Shown here piece by piece: positions 25,678 through 32,974 of a stretch of DNA of 51,922 nucleotides. Location of the stretch: contig MFKV01000031.1 in assembly GCA_001781105.1 (NCBI GenBank), positions 1 through 51,922 on the forward strand. The letters are read 5' to 3'. A program made the position numbers and the translations under genes. The number at the start of each line of letters is the position of its first letter. Positions within the stretch are counted from its first letter, which is position 1. Below the pieces are notes generated by a model that was not told the origin of the DNA, did no database searches, and saw nothing but the letters and a program-made list of their open reading frames with translations. Origin of the DNA: Candidatus Kaiserbacteria bacterium RIFCSPHIGHO2_01_FULL_54_36 (GTDB lineage: Bacteria; Patescibacteriota; Minisyncoccia; Phycocordibacterales; UBA2100).

Positions 25678-25834
25678 AGCCTGATCCTGCTTGCCCTGAG
25701 CTTGTCGAAGGGGGAAGGATATCGTAAGAAATCGAAGCCACGCGAAGCTTTCGTAACCCAACATCCGAAAGGTGGGGTGCAGAAGCTTCAACCTCCTTAC
25801 ACGGCCTCTCGACTAGCTCGAGGTAAACAGATTC

Positions 25835-26020
25835 ATGGCAAAGAAATCAATGATCATAAAGGCGAACCGCGTGCCGAAATTTTCGTCACGGACGGTCCGC
25901 CGCTGCTTCAAATGTGGCCGTCCCCGCGGCTTTATGCGCGATTTCAATCTCTGCCGCATCTGCTTCCGCGAAGAGGCATTAGAAGGCAACATCCCCGGCA
26001 TAAAAAAATCTTCATGGTAA
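25835..26020 (+). CDS. rpsN: 30S ribosomal protein S14, short zinc-ribbon (type Z) form
   Basis: 61 aa with '[24 protein letters not shown]' (CxxC...CxxC). Confidence 0.95.
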   Translation: MAKKSMIIKANRVPKFSSRTVRRCFKCGRPRGFMRDFNLCRICFREEALEGNIPGIKKSSW

Positions 26021-26123
26021 ATACGAATCTACAAATAAATACGAATCTGCGAATGACTGCGAATAAAATGCACGCATATTCGTTGCCATTCGTAGCATTC
26101 GCATCTGCACCCCATTCGGATAT
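26021..26123 (+). repeat. symmetric pentamer array: 4x CGAAT followed by 4x ATTCG
   Basis: CGAAT at 26024, 26042, 26050 and 26060. ATTCG at 26078, 26088, 26097 and 26114. This gives a long imperfect hairpin in the rpsN-rpsH spacer. Confidence 0.7.
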
Positions 26124-26519
26124 ATGGTAAACGACACGATCGGTGACCTCATAATCCGCCTTACCAACGCCGGCGCGATCAGGAAGCCGAGTGTCTCAGT
26201 CCCATACTCTGCTTTTAAAATGGCGATCGCGGAGAAGCTGAAAGAGATCGGGCTCGTGGAGAATATTGAGAAGAAAGGAAAGAAAGTTCGCAAGACGCTC
26301 GACATCGTGCTCAAATACAATGAAGCTGGAAAGCACATGATCTCAGGGGTGAAGCGCATCTCGAAGCCGGGCCGCCGTATGTATAAGAGCATGCGCGAGA
26401 TCATGCCGGTTCGCTATGGCCATGGCGCGCTCATTCTCTCGACACCGAAGGGTGTCTTGACCGACAAAGAAGCGCGCAAGGAGAAAGTGGGCGGGGAAGC
26501 GCTGTTTGAGATCTGGTAG
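26124..26519 (+). CDS. rpsH: 30S ribosomal protein S8
   Basis: 'DTIGDLIIRLTNAG' and 'ILSTPKGVLTDKEARKEKVGGEALFEIW' are S8-like. Confidence 0.95.
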   Translation: MVNDTIGDLIIRLTNAGAIRKPSVSVPYSAFKMAIAEKLKEIGLVENIEKKGKKVRKTLDIVLKYNEAGKHMISGVKRISKPGRRMYKSMREIMPVRYGHGALILSTPKGVLTDKEARKEKVGGEALFEIW

Positions 26520-26548
26520 TTCGACTACGCTCACTATAAATAATACTT
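26517..26548 (+). repeat. spacer module family 3 (TAGTTCGAC-NNN-GCTCACYATAMATAA), copy 1
   Basis: It starts with the rpsH TAG stop and ends at the rplF ATG. It resembles 27095-27123 and 28581-28609. Confidence 0.8.
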
Positions 26549-27097
26549 ATGTCACGTTTAGGAAAACTAGCTATAAAGATTCCCGCAGGCACCGAAGTCT
26601 CGGTTGTTTCCCACGAACTGATCGTCAAGGGAAAAGGAGGCACACTCAAGAAGATGCTCCATCCGGCGATCTCTGTTTCTGTAGCAAGTGGCGAGGCTAC
26701 CGTTACGCCAAAGGAAATGTCGCGCCTCGGGCGCGCTCTATGGGGCACCTACGCTGCGCATGTGCGCAACATGGTAGCGGGCGTTAATACGCCGTTCGTG
26801 AAGAAGCTCCAGGTAGAAGGAATTGGCTATCGCGCAGAGCTCTCGGGAAAGTCACTCAAGCTTTCGGTAGGATTCTCGCACCCGGTCGTTCTCTCAGTGC
26901 CCGAAGGCATTACCGCGACGGTAGAGAAAAACGTCGTCACCGTTTCAGGAGCCGACAAAGAACAAGTCGGCGAATTTGCCGCATCAGTACGCGCCACCAA
27001 GAAGCCGGAGCCGTATAAAGGCAAGGGTATTCGCTACGAAGGCGAGGTCGTGCGTGAGAAGCAGGGTAAGAAGGCTGCCACTGCTGCAGCCGCGTAG
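26549..27097 (+). CDS. rplF: 50S ribosomal protein L6
   Basis: 'MSRLGKLAIKIPAGTEV' and 'PEPYKGKGIRYEGE' are L6-like. Confidence 0.95.
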   Translation: MSRLGKLAIKIPAGTEVSVVSHELIVKGKGGTLKKMLHPAISVSVASGEATVTPKEMSRLGRALWGTYAAHVRNMVAGVNTPFVKKLQVEGIGYRAELSGKSLKLSVGFSHPVVLSVPEGITATVEKNVVTVSGADKEQVGEFAASVRATKKPEPYKGKGIRYEGEVVREKQGKKAATAAAA

Positions 27098-27123
27098 TTC
27101 GACATGGCTCACCATAAATAATT
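27095..27123 (+). repeat. spacer module family 3, copy 2
   Basis: TAGTTCGACATGGCTCACCATAAATAATT, running from the rplF stop to the rplR ATG. Confidence 0.8.
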
Positions 27124-27468
27124 ATGTCACTTTCAAAAACACAGCAAAGGGATAGGCGGCACAAGCGTGTGCGAGCGAAGGTTATTGGCAGCGGATCGCG
27201 CCCGCGGCTCTCGGTCTACAAATCAAATACGCGGCTCGTCGCGCAGATCATTGATGACTCGAGCGGCGTGACCATTGCTGCTGTGTCCTCGGCCACGCAG
27301 AAAGGAAAGGCCCCGCGTGAACGCGCCGAAGCTGCTGCCGCAGCGCTTGCCAAATCTGCCGCTGCAAAAGGCGTCAAAGCAGTTGTCTTCGATCGTGGCG
27401 GCTTCCAATATCTCGGTACCGTGAAGGCATTTGCCGATGCCGCGCGCGCCGCCGGATTAGAATTTTAA
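27124..27468 (+). CDS. rplR: 50S ribosomal protein L18
   Basis: 'RHKRVRAKV.GS..RPRLSVYKSN' and 'VVFDRGGFQYLGTVKAFADAARAAGLEF' are L18-like. Confidence 0.95.
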   Translation: MSLSKTQQRDRRHKRVRAKVIGSGSRPRLSVYKSNTRLVAQIIDDSSGVTIAAVSSATQKGKAPRERAEAAAAALAKSAAAKGVKAVVFDRGGFQYLGTVKAFADAARAAGLEF

Positions 27469-27477
27469 TATCACTAT

Positions 27478-28113
27478 ATGAACGCAGAACAAAAACCAGA
27501 ACAGGAAGATCAGGTGCTGCCTGTTGAGGAAGTCGTTGTGTCGGAGGTGGCGGTGGCGGCGGCCGAGCCGAAAGCTCCGGAGCGCCGACCCTTCGGGGGC
27601 GCACGTGGTGCCCGTACGGGTGGCAGAGATCGCCGTCCCGGCGGCCGCCGCGGAGGAGGGCGCGGGGGAGATGAGCGCCGAAGCGAGTTCGCACAAAAAC
27701 TCATCGGCATTCGACGCGTAGCGCGCGTCATGGCCGGCGGCCGCCGATTCAATTTCAGCGCCGCACTGGTCTTGGGCGACAAAAAGGGCCGCGTAGGCGT
27801 GGGCCTCGGCAAAGCCGCTGACACAGCACAAGCGATAGAGAAAGCGACGCGTGCGGCAAAACGCGCGATGATCAGTTTACATCTTACTGCCAATCGAAGC
27901 CTTTCTCACAATATCGAAGCAAAGTACTGCGCCTCACGAGTCGAGATCCGGCCTTCTCCGGGCCGTGGGCTCGTGGCGGGCTCTTCCGTGCGCACCGTCC
28001 TTGAACTTGCGGGAGTTTCCGATGTTACCGCAAAATTGCTCTCGCGCAGCAAGAACTCAGTCAACAATGCGCGAGCAGCTATCGAAGCTCTGAAACAAAT
28101 CTCGACAAAATAA
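27478..28113 (+). CDS. rpsE: 30S ribosomal protein S5 with Arg/Gly-rich N-terminal extension
   Basis: '[35 protein letters not shown]' is S5-like. It is followed directly by rplO, with no room for L30. Confidence 0.95.
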   Translation: [211 protein letters not shown]

Positions 28114-28139
28114 TTCCTCGTCAACTACTCACCATCCTT

Positions 28140-28583
28140 ATGGCTTCACTCAACTCACTCAAACGCTCAGGTGCGCGCAGCAAACGGCGCGTTGGGCGCG
28201 GCGGTAAGCGCGGCAAGACGGCAGGCCGCGGCACTAAGGGCCAGAACGCACGTGCGGGGCGCAAGAAGCGCCCAGAGATGCGCGATATCATCAAGAAATT
28301 ACCGAAGCGCCGCGGATACGGCAAGAATCGCGGCCGTACTGTCGACGGCTCGAAGCCAGCAGCTGTCGCGATCTCCCTCGATCGACTCGAGAAGCTTTTT
28401 GAGAGCGGCGCAGAAGTAAACTCTCATTCTCTTGCCGACAAAAAGGCAATTTCTTCGCGCACGATGCCGCCCGCCAAGATAGTAGGTTCAGGCTCACTCA
28501 CCAAGAAGCTCTCCTTCAAAGGTATTGCCGTTTCCGCTGCTGCACGCGCTGCTATTGAGAAGGCAGGTGGTACGATTGCCTAG
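28140..28583 (+). CDS. rplO: 50S ribosomal protein L15
   Basis: 'RVGRGGKRGKTAGRGTKGQNARAG' is L15-like. Confidence 0.95.
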   Translation: MASLNSLKRSGARSKRRVGRGGKRGKTAGRGTKGQNARAGRKKRPEMRDIIKKLPKRRGYGKNRGRTVDGSKPAAVAISLDRLEKLFESGAEVNSHSLADKKAISSRTMPPAKIVGSGSLTKKLSFKGIAVSAAARAAIEKAGGTIA

Positions 28584-28609
28584 TTCGACGAAGCTCACTA
28601 TACATAACT
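28581..28609 (+). repeat. spacer module family 3, copy 3
   Basis: TAGTTCGACGAAGCTCACTATACATAACT, running from the rplO stop to the secY ATG. Confidence 0.8.
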
Positions 28610-29884
28610 ATGATGGAAGCATTTCTTCGCAAAGTAAAACTCGTTTTCGAAGACGAGACATTGCGGACGCGCATTCTGTTCGTGCTGGGCGCACTGGTCG
28701 TTTTCCGCTTTCTAGCTACGATCCCGATCCCTGGCATCAATCACGCGCAACTCGAAGGATTCTTGGCCAACAACCAGTTCCTCGGCCTCTTGAATCTTTT
28801 TTCTGGAGGCGGCTTCTCGAACCTCTCGATCATGATGATCGGCGTTTCCCCATACATTACTGCTTCGATCGTGATGCAGCTCATGACTATCCTCATTCCA
28901 AAATTGAAAGAGATGTATCAGGAGGAGGGCGATGCCGGAAGAATGCGCTTCATGCAATACTCCCGCTACCTGACGGTGCCTCTGGCATTCGTCCAGGCAT
29001 TCGGGTTCCTGTTGCTTTTGCAGCAAAACGGTATTGTGCCGGAGCTCTCGCTCTTGAGCTTTGTCACCAACGTCACCGTCATCGCGGCGGGCGCCATTCT
29101 TCTCATGTGGATCGGCGAGCTTATTTCGGAATTTGGCGTGGGAAATGGCATCTCACTCATTATCTTTGCCGGGATCGTCGCGGGGATCCCATCGTCCTTG
29201 GCGCAAGTCGTTTTCGCCTTTGATGTGGCACAGATCCCCGTGTATATCGCGTTTACCGCCGCCGCTGCGATCATCATCGCGGGCGTTGTATTTATTACTG
29301 AGGCGGAGCGGCCTATTCCGGTCACTTATGCGCGCCGGGTGCGGGGGAGCAAGGTCTTGGGAGGCATTTCCACCTATTTGCCGCTTCGCGTGAATCAGGC
29401 CGGTGTCATTCCGATCATCTTTGCGCTCTCGATACTCCTTTTTCCACAAATGATCGCGACATTTCTTGCGCGCAGCTCTATCCCTTTCCTCGCCTCCGGT
29501 GCGTCTGCAGTTGAAGCGGCGCTGGCCAATCAATGGGTCTACGGAGCACTCTACTTTTTGTTAGTATTCGTTTTTACGTACTTTTATACGGCTATTACGT
29601 TCGAGCCCAGTCAGATCGCAAAGAACCTGCAAAAAAATGGCGCATTCATCCCAGGGGTCCGTCCTGGCGGCACTACCTCCGAATACCTCGGCAACATCAT
29701 CACGCGCATTACGCTCGTCGGCGCACTCTTTCTCGGAATACTTGCGGTTTTGCCGCTCGTGCTCCAGGGCATCACCGGTATTACTGCAATAACGATCGGT
29801 GGCACCGCACTTCTCATCGTCGTTTCTGTTGTACTTGATCTCGTCAAGAAGATTGACGCGCAGACCTCCATCAGAGAGTATTAA
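28610..29884 (+). CDS. secY: preprotein translocase subunit SecY
   Basis: 424 aa and polytopic. 'LGALVVFRFLATIPIPGIN', 'SIMMIGVSPYITASIVMQL' and 'GNGISLIIFAGIVA' are SecY-like. Confidence 0.97.
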   Translation: MMEAFLRKVKLVFEDETLRTRILFVLGALVVFRFLATIPIPGINHAQLEGFLANNQFLGLLNLFSGGGFSNLSIMMIGVSPYITASIVMQLMTILIPKLKEMYQEEGDAGRMRFMQYSRYLTVPLAFVQAFGFLLLLQQNGIVPELSLLSFVTNVTVIAAGAILLMWIGELISEFGVGNGISLIIFAGIVAGIPSSLAQVVFAFDVAQIPVYIAFTAAAAIIIAGVVFITEAERPIPVTYARRVRGSKVLGGISTYLPLRVNQAGVIPIIFALSILLFPQMIATFLARSSIPFLASGASAVEAALANQWVYGALYFLLVFVFTYFYTAITFEPSQIAKNLQKNGAFIPGVRPGGTTSEYLGNIITRITLVGALFLGILAVLPLVLQGITGITAITIGGTALLIVVSVVLDLVKKIDAQTSIREY

Positions 29885-29887
29885 CCA

Positions 29888-30463
29888 ATGAAAAAAGAGC
29901 TGATCACGATCGCTGGCTCTTTGGGATCAGGAAAGTCTTCAACGGCGAAAGCGGTCGCTCGAGCGCTTGGCTACCGACATTTTTCTTCAGGCGATCTTTT
30001 TCGTGAGATCGCGGGCGCGCGCGGAGAATCAGTCGAAGCCACGAATATTTCCGCAGAAATACAGAAAGATATTGACCATCAGGTAGACGAGCGTCTGCAG
30101 CGAATGGGCAAAGAAGAAGACAAGCTCGTCATAGATTCGCGCCTTGCGTGGCATTGGATGCCGGACTCGTTCAAAGCTTTTCTCCTGCTTGACAGAGATC
30201 GCGCCGCAGAGCGCATATTTCAGGATGTATTGAAAAAGAGCCGAGTGAGCGAGGAGGCTCAGTCCGTTGCCGATGTGCGCGCTTCGATCGAGCGCCGGTT
30301 CGCAAGTGAGCAGAAACGATACCAAGCACTCTACAACGTGGACCCGACCGACCTGAAGAATTTCGATCTCGTCATAGATACGAAACATAATGATCTTGAT
30401 GCCGTTGTGCGCATCGTATTGGAAAAATACAAGGCGTGGAGAGGAAATAAGACTCGCGTATAA
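29888..30463 (+). CDS. cytidylate-kinase-like P-loop nucleotide kinase
   Basis: 191 aa. 'ITIAGSLGSGKSSTAKAVARALGY.HFSSGDLFRE' resembles the (d)CMP kinase family. Confidence 0.65.
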   Translation: MKKELITIAGSLGSGKSSTAKAVARALGYRHFSSGDLFREIAGARGESVEATNISAEIQKDIDHQVDERLQRMGKEEDKLVIDSRLAWHWMPDSFKAFLLLDRDRAAERIFQDVLKKSRVSEEAQSVADVRASIERRFASEQKRYQALYNVDPTDLKNFDLVIDTKHNDLDAVVRIVLEKYKAWRGNKTRV

Positions 30464-30470
30464 TGCACGT

Positions 30471-31061
30471 ATGCAACCACTCACCGTTTTATTTTTTGGC
30501 TCGCAGGGAGCAGGCAAGGGAACTCAGGTCAAGATGCTCATCGAGCATCTTCAATCAAAATCTGATCGCGGGATCATTAGGATCGACATGGGTCAGGAGC
30601 TACGTAATGTAAGGGACACTGGTACATATGCGGGCAGGCTCACCGGAGAGATCATTGACAACGGCATCCGCATTTATGATTTTATGGCGATCTATCTTCA
30701 GACCAAGTTGCTCGTCGATAATTTTACCGGCGAAGAGCATATCATTGCCGACGGCCTTGCTCGGGGAGAGGATCAGACGAGAGGCTTTGACGATATGATG
30801 AAGTTCTTCAAACGTGAAGATCTCCAGATAATCAACCTCGTTATTTCAGACGATACCGCAGTTAAACGTCTTATGGCTCGCGGCCGTAACGACGATACGG
30901 AGGAAGCCATACGCAGACGTCTTGCATGGACAAAAACCGATGTCCTACCGCAGCTCGAGCTTCTCAAGATCCGGGGCCGCGCCGTTCGCGAGATAGATGG
31001 CGAGCCCGACGTCGCGACCATTCACAAGAACATTCTCTCCGCGCTCGGACTATCACAATGA
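30471..31061 (+). CDS. adk: adenylate kinase
   Basis: 'VLFFGSQGAGKGTQVKML', then the NMP-binding region and 'RGRNDDTEEAIRRRL'. ATG 30471 is chosen over the ORF-track start at 30390. Confidence 0.88.
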   Translation: MQPLTVLFFGSQGAGKGTQVKMLIEHLQSKSDRGIIRIDMGQELRNVRDTGTYAGRLTGEIIDNGIRIYDFMAIYLQTKLLVDNFTGEEHIIADGLARGEDQTRGFDDMMKFFKREDLQIINLVISDDTAVKRLMARGRNDDTEEAIRRRLAWTKTDVLPQLELLKIRGRAVREIDGEPDVATIHKNILSALGLSQ

Positions 31062-31828
31062 TCGTTCGCAACCAGGCAGACATCGATGCGTTGCGAGAAG
31101 GAGGAAAGCGGCTTGCCCGGCATGTGCGCAAGCTTGCTGAAATGGTCACCCCTGGCGTTACGGGGCAGGAGCTTGAGGAAGAGGCACAGAAAATGGTGAG
31201 GGCAGAAGGTGACGAGCTTGCTTTTTTTGGTCATACGGAGCGCAAGCGCGACAAACCGTATCCTTCAGGCCTATGCCTCTCAGTCAATGACGTGATCGTA
31301 CACTCTCCTGCGAGCGACAACGGAGCCATCATCCACGATGGCGACGTGGTTTGCCTCGATTTCGGCATTAAACACAAAGGCCTGTACACCGACCACGCAG
31401 CCACGGTCATCGCCGGAAATAAACGCGACCCGGAAGACGAAAGGCTAGTTCGTGGCACGTATGAAGCGCTTGCGGCAGGTATCGCGCAGGCACATGTGGG
31501 TGCGACGACCGGCGACATCGGATATGCGGTGCAAAAAGTCGCTGAGAAATATAATTTCGGATATCCGAAAAATCTCTCCGGTCACGGCGTCGGGCTCAAA
31601 GTGCACGAAGAACCGCATGTGCCGAATTTTGGCGAGAGGGGAATGGGGGCAAAACTGCAAGAAGGCGAAGTTATCGCCATCGAACCCATGATGGCGCTCG
31701 GCTCCGGCGAGCTTTTCATAGACAAAGACGGACACTCATACCGTACGAAGGACGGCTCGCGCACCGCGCATGCCGAGCATACCGTGCTCATCACAAAAGA
31801 GGGGCCAGAAATTTTGACAAAGGAGTAA
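31058..31828 (+). CDS. map: type I methionine aminopeptidase
   Basis: 'VIVHSPAS...GDVVCLDFG', 'GHGVGLKVHEEPHVPNFG', 'AIEPM' and 'HAEHTVLIT' are the metal-ligand motifs. Its start forms an ATGA overlap with the adk stop. Confidence 0.93.
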   Translation: MIVRNQADIDALREGGKRLARHVRKLAEMVTPGVTGQELEEEAQKMVRAEGDELAFFGHTERKRDKPYPSGLCLSVNDVIVHSPASDNGAIIHDGDVVCLDFGIKHKGLYTDHAATVIAGNKRDPEDERLVRGTYEALAAGIAQAHVGATTGDIGYAVQKVAEKYNFGYPKNLSGHGVGLKVHEEPHVPNFGERGMGAKLQEGEVIAIEPMMALGSGELFIDKDGHSYRTKDGSRTAHAEHTVLITKEGPEILTKE

Positions 31829-31830
31829 AT

Positions 31831-32244
31831 ATGAACGAGAGAGAACCAATACAAAAAGAATTCGGGGAGATAGAACGATTGGGCAACCACATATATATAA
31901 AGAAATTCGGCACAGAAAGGCAAGTCGGACAGGTTACATTACTTACGGAAGACAAACCGATCTCACACCTCGTAGCCCATTGGTTTTGGGTAGGCCAAAA
32001 CGAGCAAGGAAAAGGCTTCGGCTCGCAACTCATGGAAGAAGTTGAGAAGGTAAGCCACGAGCAGGGGAAACCAGTGGTCCTGGCAGACGGCATCGAGAAA
32101 GACCAAAATCCACATGCAGTCGGTATGTATGCGAGGCGTAAGGGGTGGACAGGGTTCGGTTCTTTGAAAAAGAAATATGTCTTCGGAAATGACGAAGAAA
32201 AAGTATCAAAACTTGTTCAATATTATACAAAGCGTACAGTGTAA
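31831..32244 (+). CDS. small GNAT-like acetyltransferase
   Basis: 137 aa with 'VGQNEQGKGFGSQLMEEVEK' (Q/RxxGxG motif A). AAGGAG lies 5 nt upstream. The region looks A/T-rich by eye. Confidence 0.5.
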   Translation: MNEREPIQKEFGEIERLGNHIYIKKFGTERQVGQVTLLTEDKPISHLVAHWFWVGQNEQGKGFGSQLMEEVEKVSHEQGKPVVLADGIEKDQNPHAVGMYARRKGWTGFGSLKKKYVFGNDEEKVSKLVQYYTKRTV

Positions 32245-32289
32245 TTACTTTGGCAACGGTTGTACTTATTGTGAGGCGCGGCGGGTGAT

Positions 32290-32328
32290 ATGTACTTATA
32301 AGCACCGACCGGATATTATAGGTACATA
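32290..32328. promoter_or_regulatory. 39-nt palindromic repeat, copy 1 (ATGTACTTAT..GCACCGACCGGAT..ATAGGTACATA)
   Basis: It overlaps the TATTAT -10 box and the ATG of the regulator gene. 34 of 39 positions are identical to 32897-32935. Confidence 0.7.
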
Positions 32329-32894
32329 TGGGAAAGCAGGAACGAGAGAGCAGAAAGAGAACTAAACGTAATCACTTGCGAAAGATTATTCTGGAAACAG
32401 TGAAAACTGCGGGCGTGATCAGCCTTGCGCTTGTCGCACCAAACGTCGTTGGAGCAATGACAAAGCTCGGGATGCTTCCTTCTCCGCGACAAAATGATGT
32501 CGTGAACCGGTCTTCTCGGCGATTGGTAAAATCGGGTCTTATGGAATGGAAGGATTCAAAACTCCGTTTAACCGCAAAAGGGGAGCGGACCCTGCGCGCG
32601 CTTGCACTTCGAGAATTCTCTTCCACAAAACCTATCCGTTGGGATAAAAAATGGCGAGTTTTGATCTTCGACATACCCGAACGTCGCAAGGGTTTGCGCC
32701 TGAAGCTTAGATCGACACTGCGGACTATCGGATTCATACGCTTGCAGGACAGCGTATGGGTGTATCCTTACGACTGCGAGGACCTCATTGCACTTTTGAA
32801 AGCAGATTTTCATATCGGCGATGATGTTCTCTACATGATCGTTGATTCTATCGAACGTGATACCGAATTACGACGACATTTTGAAGTTGGGTAG
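32328..32894 (+). CDS. PaaX-like / Cas2-fold domain DNA-binding protein (wHTH + ferredoxin-like C-domain)
   Basis: 188 aa. 'RRLVKSGLMEWKDSKLRLTAKGERTL' looks like a winged helix. 'KKWRVLIFDIPERRKGLRLKLRSTLRTIGFIRLQDSVWVYP' looks like the Cas2/PaaX C-terminal fold. Confidence 0.6.
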   Translation: MGKQERESRKRTKRNHLRKIILETVKTAGVISLALVAPNVVGAMTKLGMLPSPRQNDVVNRSSRRLVKSGLMEWKDSKLRLTAKGERTLRALALREFSSTKPIRWDKKWRVLIFDIPERRKGLRLKLRSTLRTIGFIRLQDSVWVYPYDCEDLIALLKADFHIGDDVLYMIVDSIERDTELRRHFEVG

Positions 32895-32896
32895 GG

Positions 32897-32935
32897 ATGT
32901 ACTTAAAGGCACCGACCGGATGTGATAAGTACATA
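32897..32935. promoter_or_regulatory. 39-nt palindromic repeat, copy 2, upstream of the purD promoter
   Basis: The stem ATGTACTTA/TAAGTACAT is perfect. It ends 24 nt before the TGgTATAAT box at 32959-32967. Confidence 0.7.
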
Positions 32936-32974
32936 CCCTATATAGAAAAGATAACTCTTGGTATAATCGCAGCA

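Noticed and set aside
25669-26130. A 153-aa plus-strand ORF spanning the rpsN region.
   Set aside because: It overlaps the unmistakable S14 gene in another frame and begins inside a terminator T-tract. It has no motifs.
19030-28609. The repeated spacer modules as a CRISPR array or other repeat locus.
   Set aside because: The repeats belong to four unrelated families and are separated by complete r-protein genes of varying length. No cas genes are present.
32328-32894. A Cas2 annotation implying a CRISPR-Cas system.
   Set aside because: Only the Cas2-like ferredoxin fold is shared. The N-terminal half is a winged-helix domain. There is no cas1, no array and no other cas gene. The PaaX-like regulator interpretation fits the flanking palindromes.
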